From Pseudomonadota bacterium (GTDB lineage Bacteria; UBA10199; 2-02-FULL-44-16; JAAZCA01): a DNA stretch of 29,978 nucleotides. The notes under the pieces were generated by a model, which searched no databases, was not told where the DNA came from, and was given only the letters and a program-made list of their open reading frames with translations. The DNA is taken from assembly GCA_043798915.1 (NCBI GenBank), contig JAZDOG010000040.1, forward strand, positions 1-29,978, in the 5' to 3' direction. The position numbers and the translations under genes were made by a program. Positions 1 through 8,681 of the stretch are shown here, piece after piece; the first letter of the stretch is position 1; the number at the start of each line of letters is the position of its first letter.

Positions 1-22
1 TGACAATTTACGGCAAGCATTT

Positions 23-115
23 TCCCCTCCTTTGTAAGGAGGGGATAGGGGAGGTAGATCAGCATTGAAACGGCGGTCTACCCCACCCTGACCCTCCCCT
101 TACAAAGGGGAGGGA
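23..115. repeat. REP-like palindromic doublet (two GC-rich hairpin units in inverted orientation)
   Basis: Unit tcccctcctttgtaaggaggggataggggaggtaga (23-58) faces tctaccccaccctgaccctccccttacaaaggggaggga (77-115). A near-identical doublet lies at 22040-22120. Confidence 0.85.
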
Positions 116-159
116 AACGTCACTATATTATGCAGTCATCACTAAAGGGATTAATAAAA

Positions 160-1575
160 ATGAAATTCTCTATAGGGTATAATCATGACATTAAATTATT
201 GGATCTGCTGGATGTTTATAAAGATAATATCGAGGCCCTTTATTTTCCAATACCCCGCCAATACCTAGGTTCTGGGAGGCATATTCCTCAAAAAAATGGT
301 TATTTAAATGAAATCCCAGAGATAATTAAAAAATGCGCCTCGTTAAACATAAAATCTCAGCTGCTATTAAATGCAACATGTGAAGGAGAATCGGGACTGG
401 AGAAAAATTTCTTTTCAAAAATTATTGATTATATGCAAGGACTGAAAGATTTAGGATTAAAAAGCGCAATCGTTACGAATCCTGCCTATATCTCCGAGAT
501 AAAGGAGCAAATTAAAGAAATTGAAGTGGAATCATCTGTCAATTGTTATGTTAAAACAGTGGAACACGCTTTATATCTTAAAGACTTGGGCATAGACATC
601 CTGACTATTGATAGGGATATAAATCGAGACATATCTTTGATTAAGGAAATCAAAGATAAAACGGGGCTTAAAATAAGGCTGATGCTTAATGAAGGATGTT
701 TAAGGAATTGTCCCTTTAGAAAAATGCATTTTAATTTTATAGCACACACAAAGCCAAAATCCAAAGCTGAGATGATAGGTGGAATTTTTTTTGAGAAGTG
801 GTGCATGAAAATTTTATCCCAAAACCCCGCAAAGATTTTCAGCGTTCCGTTTATTCCGCCGGATGCTTTAAAATATTATACCCGATTTGTAGACTATTTT
901 AAAATTTCATGCCGGGATTCTCGCACTTCTCAAATTGAATTTCGTTTAAAAGCGTATATAAGTCAAAATTTCAACGGCAATCTGCTGTCATTGTTGGACT
1001 GTTCAGGCCTTGCCCCATATTTCAGATACATTGATTCAAGGGTGCTCAATGAAGGTAATTTTTTTAAAAGAATGCTTGAATGCACTGGCAACTGTGACGA
1101 ATGCAATTATTGTCGTAAATTAGTAAACAGGGCAGTTATAACTGACAGCTGTTTTTTAGATCCGACTCATCCCATTAGAATTAAAGAAAGTGAAAAGGCT
1201 GTAAAGATATACCGAAGGATTTTAAAAACTTTTCCATTTGAAGGCGCTATTTATCTGGGTTTAACCAGAGCCTACTTTAGGCTCAAGAACTATGGAGAAG
1301 CAATCAAAAAAGCAAAGAAGGTAATCGAATTGGATTATAAAGATAAAGAAGGTAATATCCATTTTCTTTTGGGTTTTTGTTATGAGAAAACCAAACAATA
1401 TAAGAAGGCAATCGGGGAACTTAAAAAAGCGCAGAGAATAAGCCCTCAAGAGCCTCAGGTAAATTTCTCTCTTTCTAATTGCCACAGAAATATTAATCAA
1501 ATAGAACAATCCAATAAAGAATTAGAGAAAGGGTTTTTAAAATTTAAGAAATCTAAACAAATGTCCAATTCTTAA
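160..1575 (+). CDS. U32-family protein (putative Fe-S hydroxylase) with C-terminal Cys cluster and TPR repeats
   Basis: Motifs SSVNC, DRDINRD, LMLNEGCLRNCPF..H and FKISCR (equivalent of U32 LKIEGR), then CTGNCDECNYC. The last ~120 aa are TPR-like (IYLGLTRAYFRLKNYGEAI; HFLLGFCYEKTKQYKKAI). The ORF track starts at 130; ATG 160 is preferred because AAAGGGA lies upstream. Confidence 0.8.
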   Translation: MKFSIGYNHDIKLLDLLDVYKDNIEALYFPIPRQYLGSGRHIPQKNGYLNEIPEIIKKCASLNIKSQLLLNATCEGESGLEKNFFSKIIDYMQGLKDLGLKSAIVTNPAYISEIKEQIKEIEVESSVNCYVKTVEHALYLKDLGIDILTIDRDINRDISLIKEIKDKTGLKIRLMLNEGCLRNCPFRKMHFNFIAHTKPKSKAEMIGGIFFEKWCMKILSQNPAKIFSVPFIPPDALKYYTRFVDYFKISCRDSRTSQIEFRLKAYISQNFNGNLLSLLDCSGLAPYFRYIDSRVLNEGNFFKRMLECTGNCDECNYCRKLVNRAVITDSCFLDPTHPIRIKESEKAVKIYRRILKTFPFEGAIYLGLTRAYFRLKNYGEAIKKAKKVIELDYKDKEGNIHFLLGFCYEKTKQYKKAIGELKKAQRISPQEPQVNFSLSNCHRNINQIEQSNKELEKGFLKFKKSKQMSNS

Positions 1576-1590
1576 AAGTAAAAATTCAAC

Positions 1591-2445
1591 ATGAAGAATT
1601 TCAAGTTAGCCTCCCGCATTGAAAAAAAGAACAGAACGATCGTTCGCGTCCAGGATGTGCAGGTGGGCGTTGGTTTTATTATTATCGCGGGCCCCTGCAG
1701 CGTGGAAAATGAAAAGCAGATGATCCAAACGGCCCAGAAAGTAAAAGAGGCTGGCGCAAATATGCTGCGGGGCGGCGCATTCAAGCCCCGCACTTCGCCG
1801 TATGATTTTCAAGGCCTTGGCATCAAGGGATTAAAAATTCTGGGAAAGGCAAAGAAGGAAACCGGTTTGCCAATCGTCACCGAGGTCATGGATGCCAGGG
1901 ACGTCTCCTGGGTGTATGAATATGCAGATGTGCTTCAAATTGGTTCACGCAATATGCAAAATTTTACATTATTGAGAGAGGTGGGAAAGCTGGATAAACC
2001 TGTTCTCCTGAAGAGGGGGATGTATTCTACGCTTGAGGAGTGGCTGGGTTCAGCAGAATATATATTATCAGAGGGAAATCCAGATGTCATATTGTGTGAG
2101 AGGGGCATTCGGACGCATGAGACCTATACGAGAAGCACCCTGGATTTGAGCATCGTTCCGTCTTTGAAAGAGGTTACCCATCTTCCTGTCATTGTTGACC
2201 CATCGCACAGCACGGGGCGACGCAGCCTTGTGGAGCCGATGAGCCTTGCAGCGGTCGCCGCAGGGGCGGATGGCCTCATCGTAGAGGTTCACCCCAATCC
2301 GGGCAAAGCCTTGAGCGACAAAGAACAACAAATAACACCCGCCATGTTCTCTTCGCTGGCTCAAAAAATAACGACCCTTCATTCCTGTATGGTAGAGATG
2401 AACGGCAACACGAAAAAAGGAAAGATCAAACATGCAGTCGATTGA
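1591..2445 (+). CDS. aroF: 3-deoxy-7-phosphoheptulonate (DAHP) synthase, type I-beta, catalytic barrel only
   Basis: IAGPCSVE, RGGAFKPRTSPYDFQG, IGSRNMQN, LKRG, CERGIRT, DPSH motifs. 284 aa with no N-terminal ACT or chorismate mutase domain. Confidence 0.95.
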   Translation: MKNFKLASRIEKKNRTIVRVQDVQVGVGFIIIAGPCSVENEKQMIQTAQKVKEAGANMLRGGAFKPRTSPYDFQGLGIKGLKILGKAKKETGLPIVTEVMDARDVSWVYEYADVLQIGSRNMQNFTLLREVGKLDKPVLLKRGMYSTLEEWLGSAEYILSEGNPDVILCERGIRTHETYTRSTLDLSIVPSLKEVTHLPVIVDPSHSTGRRSLVEPMSLAAVAAGADGLIVEVHPNPGKALSDKEQQITPAMFSSLAQKITTLHSCMVEMNGNTKKGKIKHAVD

Positions 2446-3460
2446 AATCCGCGGAACAACCGGCGGTTCAAAAATCCTTATAGGTGAGTCATTTAAAAAT
2501 CTGGGCGCCTATGTCGGTACGCGAAGATCCATCATCATTACCGATTCCAACATATTGCATTGTTACCACAAAGATTTTTCTCCCTACGAGATAATAGAGA
2601 CGGGATCGGGTGAGAGCATAAAGAACCTCCGTACGGTGGAACACATATATCATAAGCTCATTGAATGTAATGCGGATCGATCCTCCTTTATCATCGGCGT
2701 CGGCGGAGGAGTAGTCTGTGATATCACAGGATTTGTCGCATCAACTTTTTTAAGGGGGATAGATTTTGGTTTTGTGCCCACGACGCTTCTCTCACAGGTC
2801 GATGCAAGCATAGGCGGGAAAAATGGCGTAAATATTGACGGCTATAAGAATTTAGTTGGCGTTTTCAATCAACCTGAGTTTGTTCTATGTGACATCTCTT
2901 TTCTGAATACCCTTTTCGCAGACGAAGTTCTCAATGGTTTAGCAGAGATTGTGAAATGCGCCGTGGTAGGCGACGCTCGTCTATTCAATTTTTTAGAACA
3001 TAATTATCACGAGGTTCTGAATCTTGATCGAAAAATAATGGAACGCCTGGTGTTCGATGCTGTAGCCTTTAAGGCATCCATCGTAAACAATGACGAGAAG
3101 GACAACAATGAAAGGATAAAATTGAATTTCGGCCATACTTTTGGTCACGCCATCGAAAAAACGGAAGGCATCCCGCATGGCCGCGCGGTAAGCATCGGGA
3201 TGGCCATCGCCACAAAGCTTTCCGTTATGCGCAACCTGCTGGAACCATCCGCTGCGAACAGGATTGAAACGCTTCTTCTGTCGCTGGGATTACCCATAGA
3301 ATTTAATTCAGACAAAGATCAAATCAAGGATGCCATCAGAAAAGACAAGAAACACAGGGGCAATTCTATTGCAGTCGTTCTCTTAAAGGGGCTTGGCGAA
3401 GCCGTCATAGAAGAAATATCGATCACAGATATGGAGGCGGTTATCGATGATATGCGTTAG
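2432..3460 (+). CDS. aroB: 3-dehydroquinate synthase
   Basis: GGGVVCDITGF, PTTLLSQVDASIGGKN, LNFGHTFGHAIE; start overlaps the upstream gene. Confidence 0.96.
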   Translation: MQSIEIRGTTGGSKILIGESFKNLGAYVGTRRSIIITDSNILHCYHKDFSPYEIIETGSGESIKNLRTVEHIYHKLIECNADRSSFIIGVGGGVVCDITGFVASTFLRGIDFGFVPTTLLSQVDASIGGKNGVNIDGYKNLVGVFNQPEFVLCDISFLNTLFADEVLNGLAEIVKCAVVGDARLFNFLEHNYHEVLNLDRKIMERLVFDAVAFKASIVNNDEKDNNERIKLNFGHTFGHAIEKTEGIPHGRAVSIGMAIATKLSVMRNLLEPSAANRIETLLLSLGLPIEFNSDKDQIKDAIRKDKKHRGNSIAVVLLKGLGEAVIEEISITDMEAVIDDMR

Positions 3461-4085
3461 CATCTCAACAGCCGGTTTCAAATCATGCATGAAATCCCTG
3501 CGGGACGCGGAACTGGCTGAGATCAGGTTGGATAAGGTTGGTCTCTCTGATGAAGAAATCAATAAACTCTTTTCCTTGCCGTTGAAGACGATCGCCACGT
3601 GCCGTCCGAGCGCGCTTTCCTCCGTAAAAAGAATGGAGCGCCTCAAAAAAGCCATTTATGCTGGTGCTCATTACATCGACATTGAACTTGAGGCCTCCAA
3701 TAGTTACAAAGCTGAATTGTTGCGGGCAGCAAGAAATCACGGCTGCAAAGTCATCATCTCTCACCATGATAATGACAAGACACCAGGCAGAACATGTTTA
3801 AAATCTATCGTAGACCGATGCTTTGATTCAGGCGCAGACATCGCAAAAGTAGCTTGTTTTTCAAGATCCCGTGCGGACAACGCGAGAATTCTTTCGCTTT
3901 ACGATGACGATCGAAACATCATAGCTCTAGGACTTGGGAGCATAGGGCAATTTACAAGGGTGGCTGCAATTTTATTGGGCGCGCCATTTACGTATGCCTC
4001 GCCAGCTAAAGGAATGGAAACCGCAGCGGGCCAGCTGGATAAAAAAACTTTATCGAAGATTCTGGAGAATTTGAAAAGTGTCTAA
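3447..4085 (+). CDS. aroD: Type I 3-dehydroquinate dehydratase
   Basis: AEIRLD, IATCR, YIDIE, IISHHD, ADIAKVA, TR..A..LGAPFTYA and TAAGQL motifs; operon context. Confidence 0.92.
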   Translation: MICVSISTAGFKSCMKSLRDAELAEIRLDKVGLSDEEINKLFSLPLKTIATCRPSALSSVKRMERLKKAIYAGAHYIDIELEASNSYKAELLRAARNHGCKVIISHHDNDKTPGRTCLKSIVDRCFDSGADIAKVACFSRSRADNARILSLYDDDRNIIALGLGSIGQFTRVAAILLGAPFTYASPAKGMETAAGQLDKKTLSKILENLKSV

Positions 4086-5397
4086 AACGAACATTTATGC
4101 CGTAGCAGGCACGCCCGTGCTTCATAGCAAAAGCCCTGCCATATTTAATGCATTATTTAATGCTCATGCTGTTGATGCAATATATACGCGCATCGCCGCC
4201 CGTTCAGCGGATGAGGCCATTTATCTTTTCAGGGAAATTGGTCTGGCTGGAATGAACGTCACTTCGCCATTTAAAGTGGAGATCGCATCGCATCTCGACT
4301 TCATCGATCCCGAGGCTTCCTCCATAGGGGCTGTCAATACAATACTGAATAAAGACGGGGCGCTCTGTGGCTATAATACCGATCATATAGGTGTCGTTAA
4401 GTCTCTGCTGAAAAATGGTGTAAATATAGCCGGCGCCAAGTGTATCGTTCTCGGCGCCGGAGGAGCTGGAAGAGCCGCGGCCTACGGCCTCTTAAAATAT
4501 GGCGCAGATGTCATAATGATCAACAGAACGTTCGATAAAGCCAAAAGAGCAGCATCTGCTTTAGGTTGTCGGGCTGAAAAATATGAAACATTGAAGAAGT
4601 TTATAGAACAGGCGGATGTGCTTGTCTCTGCTGTCCCCACCGGCACCTGCTCCATAAACGCGGCTTCCCTTAAGAAAGAGCTCGTCGTGCTCGATGCAAA
4701 TTATCTGCCTCCGTCCTTTTCTGAAGGGACGTCGGGCAGTAAAATCTTCCGCATCGGTGGTGAGGAATGGCTCGTTCAACAGGCCATTCCGTCATATAAA
4801 TATTTCACTGGTCTCGATCCCGATGAACATCTTATGAGCGAAGCAGCATCACTGCCGACTCGTCCAAAAGGAAGCAATATATCCTTAATCGGTTTTATGT
4901 GTTCCGGCAAAAGCAGCGTCGGAACGTGTCTTTCACAAATATTGCGTTTGGAGCATATCGACACAGACGATTACATCCAGCAGGCCTCAGGCAAAGCAAT
5001 TCGAAACATCATCGATTCAGAGGGTGAGAACAGTTTCAGGCTCCTAGAGAAAAAGGCGATTCTGCAGCTGAACAAGCGCTGCAGCACGGTCTTGTCGTGC
5101 GGAGGCGGCGCTGTTATCGATAGTCGCAACAGATCAGTTCTCAGGGATAACTCTTTGGTAGTATGGCTTTATTCTTCACCTGAATCGATTGTGACAAGGC
5201 TTGATGGGGGATCGAGACCTCTCTTGGACGGCATCAATCCCATCCACAAGGCAAAATCAATGCTGAAAGACAGACTTGCATTTTACGCCGATGCTGCAGA
5301 TATTATCGTGGCAAGCGATGGAATGAGCCCAAAAGAGATTGCCGATAGAATACATGAGGAAATCAGTTCTGCCTTCAAAAATATCTGGAATTATTAA
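4078..5397 (+). CDS. aroE: Shikimate dehydrogenase - shikimate kinase fusion (AroE-AroK)
   Basis: N-terminal HSKSP, NVTSPFK, GAVNT, GYNTD, LGAGGAGRA, INRT. C-terminal P-loop GFMCSGKSSVG, DTD, SCGGG, RPLL. GTG start. Confidence 0.93.
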   Translation: MSKTNIYAVAGTPVLHSKSPAIFNALFNAHAVDAIYTRIAARSADEAIYLFREIGLAGMNVTSPFKVEIASHLDFIDPEASSIGAVNTILNKDGALCGYNTDHIGVVKSLLKNGVNIAGAKCIVLGAGGAGRAAAYGLLKYGADVIMINRTFDKAKRAASALGCRAEKYETLKKFIEQADVLVSAVPTGTCSINAASLKKELVVLDANYLPPSFSEGTSGSKIFRIGGEEWLVQQAIPSYKYFTGLDPDEHLMSEAASLPTRPKGSNISLIGFMCSGKSSVGTCLSQILRLEHIDTDDYIQQASGKAIRNIIDSEGENSFRLLEKKAILQLNKRCSTVLSCGGGAVIDSRNRSVLRDNSLVVWLYSSPESIVTRLDGGSRPLLDGINPIHKAKSMLKDRLAFYADAADIIVASDGMSPKEIADRIHEEISSAFKNIWNY

Positions 5398-6604
5398 GGC
5401 GCCGGCGTCCAAGAGCATGACGCAGCGTGCGATCGCTGCCGCATTTCTATCCAAAGAAGGGACCGCAATATTAAATCCTTCGTTCTGCACTGACGCGATT
5501 TCCGCGATGCACATGGCTGAAGGCCTTGGAGCTGTAATTGAGAAAACCCCGGAAAGGATTATTGTAAGGCGCGGGTCAGAATCCCATTTAAGCAGACTGG
5601 ATTGTGGCGAATCTGGTTTTTGCGTCAGGATGTTCTCACCGATCGCAGCTCTTTTTGACAAAGAGATCACACTCTCCGGAGCAAAATCGCTTGCGGGAAG
5701 GCCTCATAAAATGATCGAAGCCCCGCTTCGGGAACTTGGCGCCGAGTGTTCCACTCGTGATGGTCATCTGCCGATTCAAATAAAGGGTCCGATTCGAGGT
5801 GGAGTGGCTCACGTAGACGGCTCAATTACTTCACAATTTCTTTCGGGGCTGCTCATCGCGCTTCCGGTAATAGCTGACGACACTGAAATTATCGTATCGA
5901 ATCTCAAAAGCAAGCCATACATCGACATGACTTTGTCTGTGCTGGACAAATTTGGCATCGCCGTCGAGCACTCAGGCTACGAGCGTTTTTTCATAAAAGG
6001 CCGCCAGAGCTATTGTGCTGAAGAATACGCAGTCGAAGGCGACTGGAGCGGTTCGGCCTTCATGATGGTCGCTGGGGCAATAGGTGGAAGCGTTGAAATT
6101 ACCGGGCTAGACATCACTTCCAGTCAAGGCGACGTAGCTGTATTGGATATCTTAAATGCCTGTGGTGCTGGCATCAACATCGGCACTGGGAGCATAACAG
6201 TATCAAAAGCAAATCTTCACTCCTTTAGATTTGATGCGGCTGAGCATCCTGACCTTGTTTTGCCCCTCGCAATTTTAGCCTGCAATTGCGGTGGAATCAG
6301 TTATATTACAGGCTTGGAGCGATTGCAGCACAAAGAGAGCGACAGGGCTTTATGCTTATATCGCGGGCTTTCGAAATTGGGCGCCGATATAATCCTCAGA
6401 AACGATTGCATGGAAATTAACGGCAGCAAATTGACAGGCGGTTATTTTGACCCTTGCGGCGATCATAGACTTGTGATGGCCGCGGCTGTGGCCGCGATTG
6501 CTTCGAAGGAAAGAGTGGTTATCGATCAGTGCGAATGCGTATCAAAGTCTTATCCAGATTTCTTTGAGGATATCATCGGCATAGGAGTAAATATCCATGA
6601 ATAG
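5354..6604 (+). CDS. aroA: 3-phosphoshikimate 1-carboxyvinyltransferase (EPSP synthase)
   Basis: PASKSMTQR, CGESG, TSQFLSGLL, EGDWS, HKESDR, DHRLVMA, KSYPDFF. ATG 5354 preferred over TTG 5339. Confidence 0.96.
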   Translation: MRKSVLPSKISGIIKAPASKSMTQRAIAAAFLSKEGTAILNPSFCTDAISAMHMAEGLGAVIEKTPERIIVRRGSESHLSRLDCGESGFCVRMFSPIAALFDKEITLSGAKSLAGRPHKMIEAPLRELGAECSTRDGHLPIQIKGPIRGGVAHVDGSITSQFLSGLLIALPVIADDTEIIVSNLKSKPYIDMTLSVLDKFGIAVEHSGYERFFIKGRQSYCAEEYAVEGDWSGSAFMMVAGAIGGSVEITGLDITSSQGDVAVLDILNACGAGINIGTGSITVSKANLHSFRFDAAEHPDLVLPLAILACNCGGISYITGLERLQHKESDRALCLYRGLSKLGADIILRNDCMEINGSKLTGGYFDPCGDHRLVMAAAVAAIASKERVVIDQCECVSKSYPDFFEDIIGIGVNIHE

Positions 6605-7589
6605 CTTTGGAAGGCTTTTCAGAATCAGCGTCTATGGCGAATCTCATGGACAATCCGTGGGTGTCGTAATCGACGGATGTCCTGCCGGAATCCCGCTCTC
6701 GGAAAAAGATTTTGAAAAAGATCTCATGGAACGGCGATCCGGAGCAAGAGGCACCTCCACGCGCAGGGAGCCTGATAAACCGATTATTATGAGCGGCCTC
6801 TTCCGTGGGAGGACGACAGGCGCTCCGCTCACAGTGCATTTTAGAAATACTGATGTCGATTCGAAAACTTATAAATCCGTAAGGGACATTCCAAGGCCCG
6901 GACATGCTGATTATGTGGCTGTGAAAAAATATGGCGGATTCAATGACCACAGAGGCGGGGGTCATTTTTCCGGAAGAATGACCTTGGGGCTCGTGGCATC
7001 AGGCGTGGTTGCAAAGAAGCTGATCCTTCCGATGAAAGTGCGCGCACATCTGGTTGAAGCAGGGGGAGACGCCAATATAGCGCAAGCTGTTGAATGCGCT
7101 CTTAGTAGTGAGGATTCAATAGGCGGAATCATCGAGTGCATTGTCATTGATGTGCTTCCGAAACTCGGCGAACCTTTTTTTGATTCCGTCGAATCGCTTG
7201 TAAGCCATGCGATGTTTTCGGTTCCCGGAGTGAAGGGAATCGAGTTCGGGGCCGGTTTTGCATCGGCTCGAATGCGCGGAAGCGAGTATAATGACCCCAT
7301 TATCAGCGCTCGCGGAAAAACGAAAACCAACAATTGCGGCGGTATAAATGGGGGTATTACAAATGGAAACGACCTTTTGCTCAGGGTTGCTGTAAGACCC
7401 CCATCGAGCATAGGGGCTATCCAGCATACATATGACTTCGTGAAGAAGAAGCGGGTTCGAGTATCAATACCGGGAAGGCATGATGCATGCATCGCACTGA
7501 GGATGCCGGTGATTGTTGAGTCCGTAGTCTCTGTCGTGCTCGCGGATTTGTGCCTCCTTGACCAACAGCTGTCACGCGTGACGAGGTAA
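6597..7589 (+). CDS. aroC: Chorismate synthase
   Basis: GESHG, RPGHAD, GGGHFSGR, NNCGGINGGITNG, GRHDAC. Confidence 0.96.
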   Translation: MNSFGRLFRISVYGESHGQSVGVVIDGCPAGIPLSEKDFEKDLMERRSGARGTSTRREPDKPIIMSGLFRGRTTGAPLTVHFRNTDVDSKTYKSVRDIPRPGHADYVAVKKYGGFNDHRGGGHFSGRMTLGLVASGVVAKKLILPMKVRAHLVEAGGDANIAQAVECALSSEDSIGGIIECIVIDVLPKLGEPFFDSVESLVSHAMFSVPGVKGIEFGAGFASARMRGSEYNDPIISARGKTKTNNCGGINGGITNGNDLLLRVAVRPPSSIGAIQHTYDFVKKKRVRVSIPGRHDACIALRMPVIVESVVSVVLADLCLLDQQLSRVTR

Positions 7590-7592
7590 CCC

Positions 7593-8657
7593 ATGAACCT
7601 GGCCGAAATCAGAAAGGAAATCGACCACGTCGATTTAAGGATTCTGAAGCTGCTCAATGAAAGAATGGAACGCGTGCTGATCGCGAATAAATTCAAGGCC
7701 GCCATCGACGACCCCAATAGAGAGAAAAACATCCTGGATGGAGTGAGAAGGCATTCAGGAATGATCCTTGAGCCTCGTTCATGTGAAATATTATTTAAGG
7801 AAATAATGAAAATAAGCAAAAGGCTTCAAGCAAAAGATCATCGCTTAATTGCCTTTCGAGGCGAACATGGGAACTATAATGAGCTGGCAGCGACACAGTG
7901 GAAAGACAATCTTATTCCAATTCCGTGCCGGGAATACGAGGATGTGTTTGAAGGCATCAGCTCAATGTATTACGATTATGGAATTGTGCCGATGGAGAAC
8001 ACGCTCGATGGGTATGTTGGCCCTTCCGTCGATCTTCTGATGGGCACAAATCTCTTTGCGGCTGACTCCGTTCAAATGCCAATACATCACTGTCTTCTTG
8101 CTATCCCCGGAACTGACCATCGTGAAATCAGAATTGTTTATTCACACCCTCACATACTTTCGCAGTGCAGGCGTTTTTTGAGCAGGAACAAGCTTGTTCC
8201 AAAACCTTATCATGACTCTGGAGCTGCGGCAAAATGGCTTGCGGAGGAGGCCCCCGGAGATTCCGCCGTCATTTCGAGCAAATTTGCGGCAAATCTCTAC
8301 AACCTGGAAATCCTCAAGGAGAACATTGAAGATATCAAAGCGAATAAGACGAGGTTCCTGGTGTTCAGTCGAAATAAAAATCAAAAACCCAATTCCAAAA
8401 ACAGCATCATCATATCGACAGATGACAAGACCACAACGCTTTTGAGGATATTGGAATGCTTCGTCAAAGAGGGCGTCAATCTCACAAGTGTTGAGTCAAT
8501 ACCGAGGCAATTGGGCAAGCATACGTTCATGCTCGATTTCATCGATTCGGGGAAAGACGGGAAGGTTTCAAAAGTGATAAATCGTGTTAAAAAGATGACG
8601 ATCGATTTTAAATATTTAGGCAGCTATAATGAAGTCGAGGTCGTTGAATCGAATTAG
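7593..8657 (+). CDS. pheA: Chorismate mutase (AroQ) - prephenate dehydratase - ACT (P-protein); dehydratase and ACT motifs atypical
   Basis: AroQ domain (LAEIRKEIDHVD..NER..K..DPNRE..S..Q); PDT domain with ENT, SHP and TRF motifs; C-terminal ACT-like region with NLTSVESIP. Confidence 0.9.
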   Translation: MNLAEIRKEIDHVDLRILKLLNERMERVLIANKFKAAIDDPNREKNILDGVRRHSGMILEPRSCEILFKEIMKISKRLQAKDHRLIAFRGEHGNYNELAATQWKDNLIPIPCREYEDVFEGISSMYYDYGIVPMENTLDGYVGPSVDLLMGTNLFAADSVQMPIHHCLLAIPGTDHREIRIVYSHPHILSQCRRFLSRNKLVPKPYHDSGAAAKWLAEEAPGDSAVISSKFAANLYNLEILKENIEDIKANKTRFLVFSRNKNQKPNSKNSIIISTDDKTTTLLRILECFVKEGVNLTSVESIPRQLGKHTFMLDFIDSGKDGKVSKVINRVKKMTIDFKYLGSYNEVEVVESN

Positions 8658-8681
8658 CACTAATTGGGGCCAGGGGGCAGG

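Noticed and set aside
160..1575. Literal collagenase/protease function for the U32 protein
   Set aside because: No signal peptide; the Cys-rich pattern and aro context fit an Fe-S enzyme better. The peptidase name is a legacy family label.
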